Below, in pieces: positions 29,952-41,006 of a stretch of 64,000 nucleotides of DNA. Both the position numbers and the translations under genes were made by a program. Below the pieces are notes generated by a model, which saw nothing but the letters and a program-made list of their open reading frames with translations, had not been told where the DNA came from and made no database searches. Position 1 is the stretch's first letter. Each line of letters begins with the position of its first letter. The stretch comes from Candidatus Latescibacterota bacterium (GTDB lineage: Bacteria; Latescibacterota; UBA2968; GCA-2709665), in the NCBI GenBank assembly GCA_965222075.1, contig OZ244937.1:576001-640000 (forward strand), read 5' to 3'.

Positions 29952-30842
29952 ATGCTGTTCGACACCCATACGAATCTTATGTGGTATCCCGACCACCTGT
30001 CCGATGAGTTCGTGGCGTTTGCGCTGGCGGCCAAGAGGGCGAAGATGCGGCTTTCGCCGGATGTGTATTATCCAGACGATGCGGAGGATGAACGGAATGC
30101 GTTTGACTCCAGGCCGGAGCAGCTACTGGCGGCCACCGACGATTGTGACAGGGTGATTGTGTTTGGGATAAAAGCCCCCTACTGCGGGATCGATGTGTCG
30201 CAGGATCTGGTGGCGGATTTTGTAAAAGAAAACGCGGACCGCTTTATCGGCTGGTGTTCGGTTGATCCGACCGACGATGACTGTATCGATCAGCTCGTTT
30301 ACAACGTGGAGACGCTGGGGCTGAGGGGGCTGAAGGTGGCGCCGATTTACCAGAACTGGGACCCCCAGGACCCAAAGCATCTTCCGTTTTTCAAGAAGGC
30401 CGAGTCGCTCGGCATTCCGGTGAATATCCATCAGGGTACGTCGTTCGTCCGGCCCGGCCCGTTGAAGTACGCCAATCCGATTCAACTGGAGGATATCGCG
30501 ATTGCCTGCCCGGAGCTGCGGATGATTATTTCCCATATGGGACACCCCTGGGAGGACGAGTGCGTGGTGCTGATCCGAAAACACCCGAACCTCTATACCA
30601 ATGTTTCGGCGCTGCATTATCGCCCCCGGCGTCATTACCAGGCGTTTATGTCGGCAATTGAGTACGGGGTAGAGCACAAACTGATTTTCGGATCGGACTT
30701 CCCTTCGGCAACGCCGGCACAGGTGATTGCCGGACAGTGGAAAGTAAACGAGGTTGTGGAAGGGACGCATTTCCCCCGGGTTCCGGATGAGGTGATTCAC
30801 AATATTATTTATGAGAACTGGAAGCAGGTGCTTGAGGTGTAA
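29952..30842 (+). CDS. Amidohydrolase family (Amidohydro_2)
   Basis: DTHT, GLRGLK, IHQG, SHMGHP, FGSDFP. Confidence 0.88.
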   Translation: MLFDTHTNLMWYPDHLSDEFVAFALAAKRAKMRLSPDVYYPDDAEDERNAFDSRPEQLLAATDDCDRVIVFGIKAPYCGIDVSQDLVADFVKENADRFIGWCSVDPTDDDCIDQLVYNVETLGLRGLKVAPIYQNWDPQDPKHLPFFKKAESLGIPVNIHQGTSFVRPGPLKYANPIQLEDIAIACPELRMIISHMGHPWEDECVVLIRKHPNLYTNVSALHYRPRRHYQAFMSAIEYGVEHKLIFGSDFPSATPAQVIAGQWKVNEVVEGTHFPRVPDEVIHNIIYENWKQVLEV

Positions 30843-30872
30843 ATCCCAAATCCGCAATCGAACGGAGGTGTT

Positions 30873-32108
30873 ATGAGCCGATTGTATTATAGCGAAGCGG
30901 GGCGGGTGATTCCCGCCCTGTGCGAGGAGTTGACGGCGTTTCGCAGGGCGCGGAAGGGGTTGCGTCTGCCTGCGACGGGGGACGCGGGACAGGTCTACGT
31001 TCTGGCCCGGTCGTATCCGAACAACGAGAAGCCGCTCCGGATGGCGGTGAACGGGGAAGAGGCAGCGGCCATCGAACCGGCGCGTCCGGCGTATTACTGG
31101 TACGAGGTTCCGGTGGCAGCGGACCGGCTTGTGGAGGGGGAGAATACGTTTGCGTTCTGGACCGATTCCACGGCGATGAACAGCTGGTCGCTGGCGCTTG
31201 AGCCGGGACATGCGGAACCGGAGAGTTCGATCAGCGACGACGAGGGAAAGACCTGGCGGAACGAGCAGATGGCGTACTTAAATGCGGTACGGGGAGAGTA
31301 TGTGGTGCGGGTGCGGCTGGCCGAAGGGGAGGATCCGGCGCCGCCATCCATGGTCTGGGAAGATCAGGGCCATCCGAAACTCGGGTCGCTGCGGAAGATC
31401 CTGCCGCCGGTGGCCCGCGACCAGGGGCCGCTGCTGAAACGCGTGCGGGCGCTGTCGGCCTGGCTGGCGTCGAGCTGGGAGCATACGAATTCGATGAGAG
31501 CCGCGCAGTACGGGCCGTGGGACGCGGAGACGATTCTGGCCTGGGGAGCGGCGCAGGACGGGCACAACGGCAAGCGGCCGGTTGTGATGTGCGTGCACTA
31601 TGCAGCGGCTTTTGTGAGCTGCGCCCAGGCAGTGGGGATTCCGGCGCGGTGCGCCGTGCTGACGGAGGCGGTCAACGGCTCCAACGGGCATTTTGTGACG
31701 GAGGTCTGGTTCGAGGACGAGGGCAAGTGGGTGGTGGTGGACCCGAATGCGGATGCGATGTTCTGGAAGGACGGGGTGCCACTTTCGATGTCGGAGGTCC
31801 AGGAGGCAGGGTCGGATCTGGGCGGGTTGATCCAGTGGGGGAGCGGCAGCGCGTTTCAGCGCACGTTTCCCCATATGGTCGATTTTGTCGAAAACAATCT
31901 GGAGAAGGGGGTCTGCTTCGGCCACCGCAGTGTGTGGTTTCGATCAGACCTGCTGTCCCGCCCGGAGTTCTCGCCGCCGGGGCACGGGGCGCTGTCTTAC
32001 TGCGAGACCGGGCTGGTGTGGGAGAAGCGCGACTTAGAACGCGGGTTCGGAATGTTTCCCCATTTTGGGGATGCGGCGTATTTTAACGCGCCGCCGGGTT
32101 ATCCTTAG
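30873..32108 (+). CDS. Transglutaminase-like domain protein
   Basis: Cys-His-Asp triad: MCVHYA, GHFVTEVW, WVVVDP. Confidence 0.75.
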   Translation: MSRLYYSEAGRVIPALCEELTAFRRARKGLRLPATGDAGQVYVLARSYPNNEKPLRMAVNGEEAAAIEPARPAYYWYEVPVAADRLVEGENTFAFWTDSTAMNSWSLALEPGHAEPESSISDDEGKTWRNEQMAYLNAVRGEYVVRVRLAEGEDPAPPSMVWEDQGHPKLGSLRKILPPVARDQGPLLKRVRALSAWLASSWEHTNSMRAAQYGPWDAETILAWGAAQDGHNGKRPVVMCVHYAAAFVSCAQAVGIPARCAVLTEAVNGSNGHFVTEVWFEDEGKWVVVDPNADAMFWKDGVPLSMSEVQEAGSDLGGLIQWGSGSAFQRTFPHMVDFVENNLEKGVCFGHRSVWFRSDLLSRPEFSPPGHGALSYCETGLVWEKRDLERGFGMFPHFGDAAYFNAPPGYP

Positions 32109-33028
32109 GGGGCCTGGTTCACCATCTCGATGCCCAGGGCCTCCAGGGCGGTCCGGATTTCGGCGCGTGCGTTGGGAGAGGCGTCCACCCTGGGAGGGCG
32201 CACCGGGCCGCCGGCGAGACCGACCAGGTCGAGGGCGGTTTTGGGTACCGTGGCGTCTCCATAGGCCAGGCGGAGCCTTTCCAGGGGCGCCAGCCGGGTC
32301 TGGATTTCGACCATGCGGGGCCAGTCCTGCCGGAGGGCGGACCGGTGCAGGTCGAGTTCGTATTTCGGGGCGAAGTTGGTGAATCCGGTGGTGAAGCCTT
32401 CAATGCCGGCCTGGTAGCGGAAGTGGAGCACACCGGGGTCGTGGCGTTTGTTGCCGATCCAGACGAAGCGGTTTCCAAGCAGTTTGATGGCTTTGAAGAG
32501 GTTGTGTGGGGTGTGGCAGGGGTCTTTGATCCCGATGATGCGGTCGATTTCGGCGAGGCGGGCGAAGAATTCCGGGGGCCAGGCCTGGGTGTTGTAGGGT
32601 AAGAAGGGGACGTCCGAAGCGTCGGCCAGGGTTTGATAGTAGGCGAAGACGCCTTCCAGGTCTTTGGGAACCATGTTGCGGATGAAGGGGGCCATGGCAA
32701 GCATGACACGCGCGTCCATTTTCTCGTAGCGGGGTGCCAGCGCCAGGGCGGCGTTGAGGTTTCCAGGCAGCGTGGGGAGGATGAGGGCCCGGTCGCCGGC
32801 AAGGTCGAGCGCCGTCTGGGCGAGGGTAAGGAGTTCGACATCGGTGAGGGCCTCGATTTCGCCCGTGCCCCCGCCGATGTTGATGACCTGCACGCCGTTT
32901 TCGATGAGAAAAGCAAGGTTGCGGGCCAGGCCGTCCAGGTCGAGTTGAGACAGGTCGTCCCGTTTAAACGGGGTAACGGCGAAGGCGTGTACGTTTCTGA
33001 GTTTCTGTCTCAGATCTTCCGGGAACAT
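32105..33028 (-). CDS. DHDPS/NAL-family aldolase or dehydratase (KdgD-like)
   Basis: VTPF, GGTGE, LPYN, IGIKD. Confidence 0.85.
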   Translation of the reverse strand: MFPEDLRQKLRNVHAFAVTPFKRDDLSQLDLDGLARNLAFLIENGVQVINIGGGTGEIEALTDVELLTLAQTALDLAGDRALILPTLPGNLNAALALAPRYEKMDARVMLAMAPFIRNMVPKDLEGVFAYYQTLADASDVPFLPYNTQAWPPEFFARLAEIDRIIGIKDPCHTPHNLFKAIKLLGNRFVWIGNKRHDPGVLHFRYQAGIEGFTTGFTNFAPKYELDLHRSALRQDWPRMVEIQTRLAPLERLRLAYGDATVPKTALDLVGLAGGPVRPPRVDASPNARAEIRTALEALGIEMVNQAP

Positions 33029-33243
33029 GGGATCTCCTTTTGAGAAAATTTCAATTTGGCCCTGTGGTCGGCCGGAAGGCCGTGCTCCGGGTACAAACGG
33101 TGCAGGGCCTTGACGCCTGCTGCCTCTGAGATCTCGGTTGAGGGTGTGCGAGGCGTCTTCCAATATAAGAAATATGTTGCAGAATGAGGGTCGAAAGTTA
33201 TTATCCTGATCTGCAGGGGCCTGCCCCTGTGAGGAGGTTAGAT

Positions 33244-34239
33244 ATGATGAAGATAGGTACCCGAATCAGCCCCGACTGGCTGGACCGGCCGGACGACCTG
33301 AAGTTTTTAAAGCAGATCGGCGTGGACTGTGTGGATATCACGTTCGACATTTTCCCCGGGTGTAAAGAGGCAAGCGGACGGCTCAACCGGGAGGGCGTGG
33401 AACAGGTGGTGGAGGCGCTGGACCGCGCCGGGCTTCCGATCGAGCGCGCCACTTCTCTGGGCACCTATACAGGGGCGACTTTCTCAGGCGAGCCGGGTTC
33501 GGAACAGGAGATCGACAATCTGGTCCACAATGTCCGGATCTGCGGAGCGTTCAACATGCCCGTTATGGGGGTGCAGTGCTTCCAGGCAGGGCAGTTCGGG
33601 AAATTCGACGTGGAGATGCACAGTATGGTTGAAGGCCGTGGGGGATACCGTCACTTGAAGATGGACCTTTCGCAGGTGCTGGATCAACCCCCGCCACCCG
33701 GGGCGCCTACGCACGAGGAGGTGTGGGAGCGGACGTTGAAGATCTTTCGAGCGGTGGTGCCTGAGGCGGAGAGCGCGGGGGTGAAGATTGCAATGCACGG
33801 GAACGATCCGCCGGTGCCGAGCATTTGCGGGGTGCCGCAGGTTCTGTACGATTTCGACGCGTTCGACCGGCTGTTTTCGGAGGTGCCGTCTCCAAACAAC
33901 GGGATGACGTTCTGCGTGGGCACCCGGTACGAGTCGGGACAGGATGTGTTCGAGGGGATCAGGCGCTTTGGGGCACAGGGCAAGATTTTTCACGTGCACT
34001 TCCGCAATGTGAAGGGGACGATTCCCCAGACCGGGGGATACGCAGAGGTGATTCCGGACGATGGCGACCTGAATATGTACGAGGTGGCGAAGGGGCTGCA
34101 CGAGGTGGGATACGAAGGCGCGATCGATTACGACCACATTATGCGGCTTTCGACGGACGGGCCGGAGGGGCGGGAGTACATCGCCTTCTGCGTGGGCCAT
34201 ATGCGGGGCATTCTGCAGGCGCTGGAGAGCGGCCGTTGA
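33244..34239 (+). CDS. Mannonate dehydratase (UxuA)-family protein
   Basis: GRGGY, MHGNDPP, GMTFCVG, HFRNV, DYDH. Confidence 0.82.
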   Translation: MMKIGTRISPDWLDRPDDLKFLKQIGVDCVDITFDIFPGCKEASGRLNREGVEQVVEALDRAGLPIERATSLGTYTGATFSGEPGSEQEIDNLVHNVRICGAFNMPVMGVQCFQAGQFGKFDVEMHSMVEGRGGYRHLKMDLSQVLDQPPPPGAPTHEEVWERTLKIFRAVVPEAESAGVKIAMHGNDPPVPSICGVPQVLYDFDAFDRLFSEVPSPNNGMTFCVGTRYESGQDVFEGIRRFGAQGKIFHVHFRNVKGTIPQTGGYAEVIPDDGDLNMYEVAKGLHEVGYEGAIDYDHIMRLSTDGPEGREYIAFCVGHMRGILQALESGR

Positions 34240-34279
34240 CCAATGTCGACCGCCGGGGATTTTAAGCCGGTTTCTCGGG

Positions 34280-35035
34280 TCACCCTCGCCCGATGTAGGG
34301 CATCTTCGTGGCCATGACGGTTATGAATTGTACATTCGCATCCAGGGGGAGACTGGCCATGTACACGACGGCGCGTGCCACGTCATCTGCGTCCATTCTC
34401 GGCTCAACCGCGACAGATCCATGAGCCTGCGGAACGCCCGCGTTCATTCGTTCTGTCCGCTCGGTTGCCGCGTTGCCGATGTCGATCTGGCCGCATGCAA
34501 TATCGTACTTGCGTCCATCCAGAGATGTTGATCTGGTAAGGCCTGTTATCGCATGCTTGGTGGCCGTATAGGGCGCGGAGTATACCCGTGGGACATGCGC
34601 TGATACGGAGCCGTTATTGATGATGCGCCCCCCCCCGGGCTGCTGATCCTTCATGATCTTGAACGCTTCCTGGGTGCACAGAAATGTGCCGGTCAGGTTG
34701 GTATCTACGACCAATTTCCATTGCTCGTAGGTGAGATCTTCCAGGGGTATGGGCGGTGCGCCGATTCCCGCATTGTTGAACAGAAGGTCGAGCCTGCCAA
34801 AGGTCTCTTGCGTTTTGGCGAACAGGGCTCGAACGGAGGCGATATCCGTCACATCCGTGCGCACCACCAGCGCTCGGGAGCCGGCCGATGCCTCCCTGGC
34901 GGTCGTTTCCAAAGCCTCCACACGACGACCTGCCAGGACAACGGAATACCCCTCGTGAAGAAGCGCAAGCGATGTTCGCTTGCCAATGCCAGATCCCGCA
35001 CCTGTAACAATAGCAATCTTGCTGGGAGAACGCAT
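34280..35035 (-). CDS. Short-chain dehydrogenase/reductase
   Basis: [24 protein letters not shown]; AGGAGG 8 nt upstream. Confidence 0.92.
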   Translation of the reverse strand: MRSPSKIAIVTGAGSGIGKRTSLALLHEGYSVVLAGRRVEALETTAREASAGSRALVVRTDVTDIASVRALFAKTQETFGRLDLLFNNAGIGAPPIPLEDLTYEQWKLVVDTNLTGTFLCTQEAFKIMKDQQPGGGRIINNGSVSAHVPRVYSAPYTATKHAITGLTRSTSLDGRKYDIACGQIDIGNAATERTERMNAGVPQAHGSVAVEPRMDADDVARAVVYMASLPLDANVQFITVMATKMPYIGRG

Positions 35036-35244
35036 CTGCCATACCTCCTGATTGTGAGAATCCAGACCGCTGTTACGGAGCCGTTCAGAACCAGAACCCA
35101 TCACGTCCGAGAAATCGGCATAACTTATCGACTAAGCCCCCGGACAAACCGGGGGTCTCAAAGCGGTTGACAATTTTAGAAATATTCGAGAGCCTTCCAA
35201 TGTGAACCATCCAAAGCTCACAGAAAGGGAAAGGAGAGGCTGTC

Positions 35245-35460
35245 GTGAGCAACGTTCAGAGTATACGCCACACGGTCTGGGAATGCAAGTATCATTCCTG
35301 TCTGCCTCCTGCCTGCGCAGTGCCCTGCGCTGCAGGCAGGTCGGCACAGGCAGGTGGTATGGATTCCGAAATGCCGAAGGCAAGCGCTGTATGGACAGCT
35401 TCGCCAGTATGTGGGAGGAGTTCTTCGAGAGCTGGTGCGTCAACGAGAGAGTCGGGTGGC
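35245..35460 (+). pseudogene. tnpA: Y1 transposase TnpA fragment, frameshifted and truncated
   Basis: Removing 35297-35354 gives HTVWECKYHLVWIPKCRRQALYGQLRQYVGGVLRELVRQRESRV; no HUH motif follows. Confidence 0.85.
35297..35354. repeat. Nested palindromic elements (33-bp copy 35308-35340 inside a 25-bp copy)
   Basis: CCTGTCTGCCT[CCTGCCTGCGCAGTGCCCTGCGCTGCAGGCAGG]TCGGCACAGGCAGG. Confidence 0.85.
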
Positions 35461-35583
35461 GTAAAGGTCCGCCCAGCCCCGCACAAGAAAACATTTGACA
35501 ATAACTGAAAACAACTACAAACTACATGGCTATTATGAGTTATCCTGGGCAAAAATCACTTTGCAGTTGGAAAGGTATATTCG

Positions 35584-35784
35584 ATGGATGAAAAACCGGG
35601 CGGTGTACTGACCATCAAGGAGCTGTCTGTCTACCTGAGAATTCCGATGTCAACACTCTACAAACTTGTGCGGGAAGGCAAGATTCCTTCCCAAAAGGTA
35701 GGGCGCCATTGGCGTTTTCGAAAAGAAACCATTGATCGGTGGTTGGACGAAACATGGGCGAAAGAACCGAAACCCGAAGGATAA
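35584..35784 (+). CDS. Excisionase-like HTH_17 DNA-binding protein
   Basis: LTIKELSVYLRI..STLYKL..EGKIPSQKVGRHWRF. Confidence 0.88.
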   Translation: MDEKPGGVLTIKELSVYLRIPMSTLYKLVREGKIPSQKVGRHWRFRKETIDRWLDETWAKEPKPEG

Positions 35785-35789
35785 GAGTG

Positions 35790-36266
35790 ATGGCGGAACC
35801 CCTTGCAGACCAAATCATGCGAAAGGTCAAACAGACCGCCGAGCTCTATCACCGGCTGATATTGGTCGTCGCACCGGCAGGCGCAGGCAAAACCACTGCG
35901 TTGCAGGATGTGCGGGATCGCACTGGTGCGCCCCTGGTAAATGTCAACCTCGAGCTTTCTCGCCGGATGCTGGAGTTGACCAAGCGCCAGCGGGCCTTAC
36001 AGCTGCCTCGTCTTCTCCGAGCGATCGTCAGCAGAGGCGGCGATGAGACGATCCTGCTCGACAACATTGAAGTCACCTTCGACACTGCTCTGAAACAGGA
36101 TCCGCTTCGACTGCTCCAGGGACTCTCCCGCAACAAGACCGTGGTGGCCGCATGGAACGGCACCATCGTTGAACATTCTTTGATCTATGCCGCTCCGGCC
36201 CACCCGGAGTACAGACGCTATCCAATGCAGGATTTTCTGGTGGCAAGCCCGGACGTGACAATATGA
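35790..36266 (+). CDS. brxF: BREX type 3 P-loop protein BrxF
   Basis: [49 protein letters not shown]; position before brxC. Confidence 0.88.
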   Translation: MAEPLADQIMRKVKQTAELYHRLILVVAPAGAGKTTALQDVRDRTGAPLVNVNLELSRRMLELTKRQRALQLPRLLRAIVSRGGDETILLDNIEVTFDTALKQDPLRLLQGLSRNKTVVAAWNGTIVEHSLIYAAPAHPEYRRYPMQDFLVASPDVTI

Positions 36267-36300
36267 AGACAACAAATTCCACTGCGAGGGAGCAGATACG

Positions 36301-39300
36301 ATGAAATACGGCGACCTGATCCAGTTTGAGCCCATCGAGTCCGTGATCCAATTGCGGGACGCCGACGAAGCGACTGCAGCTCGACAGCTTGTGGAGACCT
36401 ACGTCATATCCGGGGAGATGGCGGAAAAACTGGTGGGCCTGGTCATTCCTCAGCTGCAGTTTGAGCGACCCACCGACAACAAAGGCCTTCTGGTAGTCGG
36501 CAACTACGGCACGGGCAAGTCCCACTTCATGTCAGTAATCTCCGGGCTTGCGGAGAATACCGACCTCGCAGCCAGTCTCAACAATGCCGACGTGGCAGAC
36601 GCTGCCGGAAAAATCGGCGGACGGTTCAAGGTGATCCGCACCGAGATCGGAGCCACCACCATGTCCCTGCGGGACATCCTCGTGGCCGAGTTGGAGGAGC
36701 ATCTTGCGGCGATGGGCGTGAGTTACAGTTTCCCCTCCGCCGACCAGGTATCCAACAACAAACGATCTTTTGAAGAAATGATGACCGCTTTCCACCAGGA
36801 GTTCCCTGACCACGGCCTGCTCCTCGTGGTGGACGAGTTGCTTGATTATCTGCGCGCCCGCAAGGACCAGGAACTCATCCTGGACCTGAACTTCCTTCGT
36901 GAAATCGGCGAGGTTTGCAAAGACCTGCGCTTCCGCTTCATGGCCGGCGTCCAAGAAGCCATCTTCGATAGTCCCCGATTTTCCTTCGTGGCCGACAGTA
37001 TCCGCCGGGTGAAGGATCGGTTTGAGCAAGTACTCATCGCCCGAAAAGACGTCAAGTTCGTAGTAGCTGAGCGGCTGCTCAAGAAGACCGGCGAACAACA
37101 GGCCAGGATACGCCAGTACCTGACACCCTTCAGCAAGTTCTACGGCAACATGAACGAGCGCATAGACGAGTTCGTCCGCCTCTTTCCGGTGCATCCAGAC
37201 TATATCGATACCTTTGAACGGGTGACCGCCGTGGAGAAGCGCGAGGTGCTGAAAACTCTCTCTCTATCCATGAAGAAAATGCTCAACCAGGACATACCGG
37301 ACGACTGTCCCGGGCTCATTGCCTACGACACCTACTGGACAAACCTCCGCGAGAACCCCTCGTTTCGTGCTGTTCCGGATATCAGGGCGGTCATCGACTG
37401 CAGCCAGGTGCTGGAGTCCCGCATCCAGCAGGCATTCACGCGCCCAGCCTATAAACCCATGGCGATGCAGCTCATCCATGCCCTTTCGGTACACCGGCTT
37501 ACCACCGGTGACATCTACGCCACCCTGGGCGCAACGGCCAGGGAGTTGCGTGACGGGCTTTGCCTCTATCAACCGGGCATTGAGGGTTTGGGCGGCGACC
37601 CGGCCGACAATCTGCTCACGCAGGTGGAGACCGTTCTCCGGGAAATCCACAGGACGGTCAACGGGCAATTCATTTCATCGAACTTGGACAACCGGCAGTT
37701 CTATCTCGACCTGAAGAAGACCGACGACTTTGACGCGCTGATCGAAAGGCGTGCCGAGAGCCTCGACGCCTCCCAACTGGATCGTTACTACTACGAGGCC
37801 CTGAAACGGGTCATGGAATGTACGGACCAGACCTACGTGACCGGCTACAAGATCTGGCAGCACGAGCTGGAGTGGTTGGAGCGGAAGGCAGCACGGCAGG
37901 GGTATCTCTTCTTCGGCGCGCCCAACGAACGCTCCACCGCCGTTCCACCGCGGGACTTTTACCTCTATTTCATCCAGCCCTTTGATGCGCCGCATTTCAA
38001 GGATGAAAAAAACTCCGACGAGTTGTTCCTGCGGCTCACCAACACGGGCGACGAATTCCGCACTGCACTCAGAAATTACGCCGCGGCCCTGGACCTGGCT
38101 TCCACTTCATCGGGGCACGCCAAGTCCACCTACGAGTCCAAGTCATCCCATTTTCTGCGGGAACTGGTGCAGTGGCTGCAGAAGCATATGGCAGATGCCT
38201 TCAAGGTCACCTACCAGGGGCGCACCAAGTCGCTCATCGAATGGGCCAAAGGCAAGTCGATCCGGGAACTGTCTGGCATTGGCTCCCATGAGCGCATCAA
38301 CTTCCGTGACCTCGTCAACATTATCGCCGGCGTCTGCCTGGGAGCGCACTTCCGGGATCGGGCACCTGAATATCCCTTCTTCTCGGTGCTCATCACCGGG
38401 TCCAACCGGGACCAGGCCGCACAAGATGCCCTGCGCGCTATTGCCGGCCAGAACCGCACCAAACAGGCGACAGCAGTACTGGATGCGCTCGAACTGCTCG
38501 ACGGCGAACGCTTCGATCCTGACAACTCCAAGTACGCCAAACACATCCTCGCACTGCTTAAGCAGAAAGGCCACGGCCAAGTGGTCAATCGCTCCGAGCT
38601 GATTCACGACGACAAGGGTGTGGAATACATGGACAAGGACCGGCAGCGTCTGGAACCCGAATGGGTTGCTGTCATCCTGGCCGCGCTGGTCTATTCCGGC
38701 GATCTGGTTCTCGCCATTCCGGGCAAAAAGTTCGACGCCATCGGCCTACCGCAGTTGGCAGGGTTCGGCATGGGCGAACTCGCACATTTCAAACACATTG
38801 AGCAGCCCAAGGACTGGGACCTTCCCGCGCTCAAGGCCCTGTTTGAACTGCTCCGTCTCACGCCCGGCTTGGCGCAATTAGTCACCCAGAGCAAGGAGGA
38901 ACCGGTCCAACAGTTGCAGAAAGTCATTTCCGAATTGGTGGAAAAATTGGTGCTTCTGCAGCAGAGCCTGCAAAGCGGTCTGATCTTCTGGGGCCGTAAC
39001 CTGCTGGCCGAGGAAGAGACACAGAAACTTCGCACCCGGCTCGACGAGACCAAGACCTTCCTGGAATCGCTCCAGGCCTATACCTCGCCCGGCAAGCTCA
39101 AGAACTTCCGCTACGATGCCCAGGAGGTCGCGTCCCATCGGGATGGGCTCAATTCCCTGGCCGAGATCGAATCCCTCCAGGAACTGGTGGCCGATCTCGG
39201 CACTACTGCGTCCTTCCTCTCCACCGCCGAGCAGGTGCTGCCTGCGGAACACGAGTGGGTGGGCAAGACGAAAGAGGCGCGTGATGAGGTTCTCGCCCAA

Positions 39301-40029
39301 CTCGGCGATCCGGCCAAGCGCGGCGGCGCCACATTCCGCCAGCAGACCCAGCGCAAATTGGCTGACCTCAAGACGGCATATCTACAGACCTATCTGGGGC
39401 TGCACACGAAGGCGCGGCTGGGCGTGAACGAGGACAAGCGCAAGATCGAGCTGATGAGCGACGAGCGGCTCAAGTTGCTGCAGAAGCTATCCACCATTGA
39501 GTTGATGCCCCGCCAGCATCTGACCGATTTTCAAAATCGTCTGGCCAGATTGAAGAGTTGCTTTGCCCTCATAGAACAAGAGATGGACGCCGCGCCCGTC
39601 TGCCCGCATTGTGGCTTCAAACCAAGCGTGGAGCCGGCCACCACTCCTGCGGGAACGGTGCTGAATGGTTTGGACGACGAACTGGACAAACTGGTCGCAG
39701 ACTGGACCCAAACGCTACTGACCAACCTGGAGGACCCGACTACAAAGGGCAACCTGGATCTGCTCAGGCCCGAACCCAAAAAGCTGGTGAACGGCTTCAT
39801 CGACAAACGGGTTCTGCCGGACGAACTCGACCAGGACTTCATCCGTGCCCTGGACGAGGTGCTTTCCGAGCTCCAGAAGGTACCGGTCAAAACCGCTAAC
39901 CTGCGCGCCGCCCTGCTCTCCGGAGGCTCACCGGCAACGCCGGCGGAAATGAAGAAACGTTTCGAGGACTACCTGGATGAACTAACCAGGGGCAAAGAGC
40001 CGGGCAAGGTGAGGATTGTATTGGAGTAA
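36301..40029 (+). CDS. brxC: BREX type 3 ATPase BrxC (DUF6079)
   Basis: [13 protein letters not shown], Walker A GNYGTGKS, Walker B LVVDE, FPVHP, C-terminal CPHC; 1242 aa. Confidence 0.88.
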   Translation: MKYGDLIQFEPIESVIQLRDADEATAARQLVETYVISGEMAEKLVGLVIPQLQFERPTDNKGLLVVGNYGTGKSHFMSVISGLAENTDLAASLNNADVADAAGKIGGRFKVIRTEIGATTMSLRDILVAELEEHLAAMGVSYSFPSADQVSNNKRSFEEMMTAFHQEFPDHGLLLVVDELLDYLRARKDQELILDLNFLREIGEVCKDLRFRFMAGVQEAIFDSPRFSFVADSIRRVKDRFEQVLIARKDVKFVVAERLLKKTGEQQARIRQYLTPFSKFYGNMNERIDEFVRLFPVHPDYIDTFERVTAVEKREVLKTLSLSMKKMLNQDIPDDCPGLIAYDTYWTNLRENPSFRAVPDIRAVIDCSQVLESRIQQAFTRPAYKPMAMQLIHALSVHRLTTGDIYATLGATARELRDGLCLYQPGIEGLGGDPADNLLTQVETVLREIHRTVNGQFISSNLDNRQFYLDLKKTDDFDALIERRAESLDASQLDRYYYEALKRVMECTDQTYVTGYKIWQHELEWLERKAARQGYLFFGAPNERSTAVPPRDFYLYFIQPFDAPHFKDEKNSDELFLRLTNTGDEFRTALRNYAAALDLASTSSGHAKSTYESKSSHFLRELVQWLQKHMADAFKVTYQGRTKSLIEWAKGKSIRELSGIGSHERINFRDLVNIIAGVCLGAHFRDRAPEYPFFSVLITGSNRDQAAQDALRAIAGQNRTKQATAVLDALELLDGERFDPDNSKYAKHILALLKQKGHGQVVNRSELIHDDKGVEYMDKDRQRLEPEWVAVILAALVYSGDLVLAIPGKKFDAIGLPQLAGFGMGELAHFKHIEQPKDWDLPALKALFELLRLTPGLAQLVTQSKEEPVQQLQKVISELVEKLVLLQQSLQSGLIFWGRNLLAEEETQKLRTRLDETKTFLESLQAYTSPGKLKNFRYDAQEVASHRDGLNSLAEIESLQELVADLGTTASFLSTAEQVLPAEHEWVGKTKEARDEVLAQLGDPAKRGGATFRQQTQRKLADLKTAYLQTYLGLHTKARLGVNEDKRKIELMSDERLKLLQKLSTIELMPRQHLTDFQNRLARLKSCFALIEQEMDAAPVCPHCGFKPSVEPATTPAGTVLNGLDDELDKLVADWTQTLLTNLEDPTTKGNLDLLRPEPKKLVNGFIDKRVLPDELDQDFIRALDEVLSELQKVPVKTANLRAALLSGGSPATPAEMKKRFEDYLDELTRGKEPGKVRIVLE

Positions 40030-41006
40030 GAAACGGGGCGCATGTGGCGTTCCGATTTGAAAGAACGATTCCGCCATACTGACCAAGCTACTGACCAACC
40101 CGGTGGCCTTGGGGCGAACTTGGTCACTTCTCCGCTAACCGAGAAGGCGGACTTGTGCAGTGATCAAGTTGGTCTATGGGCGGCAACTTGTTCACTGCAC
40201 AAGTTGAATCAAAACGGGGATGAGAATGACTGGCAACTACGATGAACAGAATCTATTCGACCTGGAGCCTTCCGCCAAGCCGCAGGGGCCGGTGGAATGC
40301 CTGGGCATGACCTTCGAAAACGACGAGAAACGCCGGGAGTATTTCCTGGGGAAACTGCGCGAGAAGCTTAAGGACCCGGAGTTCCGCAAGATCGAGGGAT
40401 TCCCCATTGGCGAGGACGAGGACATCCTGGCACTGTCCGATCCGCCGTATTATACCGCTTGTCCGAATCCTTTCATTGAGGATTTCATCAAGCACTATGG
40501 GAAGCCGTATGACCCGGTTATCGATGATTATCGGCGAGAGCCATTTGCTTCGGATGTGAGCGAGGGAAAGAACGACCCGATCTATAACGTTCACTCCTAT
40601 CACACGAAGGTGCCACATAAGGCTGTCATGCGGTATATCCTTCACTATACACAACCAGGAGATGTCGTTTTTGATGGTTTTGGTGGTACTGGTATGGCTG
40701 GGGTGGCAGCCCAATTATGCGGTAACCGCAGTGTCGTTGAGAGGCTTGGCCTCAGAATTGAGAAAGACGGCACAATTGTTGACGAAAAAGGTCATGCATG
40801 CGCAGTACTTGGTCGACGAAAAACAATCATTAGCGATCTTTCCCCCCTGGCGACCTATGTGTCATCACGATATAACGACTTTGATTCCTCTCAGTATTCG
40901 GACAAGAAATGTCATGATCTAATCAACTCGCTCGAAGCAGATTTCCAAGATTTATACAACACAACAAATCCCCATTCTGGCAGTTCTGGGCGTGCACTTT
41001 TCTATG

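Larger units (their letters stand above)
35126..35460 (+). mobile_element. IS200/IS605-family relic (left end plus truncated tnpA)
   Basis: Subterminal hairpin CCCCCGG-acaaa-CCGGGGG (35137-35155), then a TnpA-like N-terminus; the exact ends are approximate. Confidence 0.8.

Noticed and set aside
35050-35125. Possible integron attC site upstream of the SDR gene
   Set aside because: No paired R and L boxes and no integron integrase.
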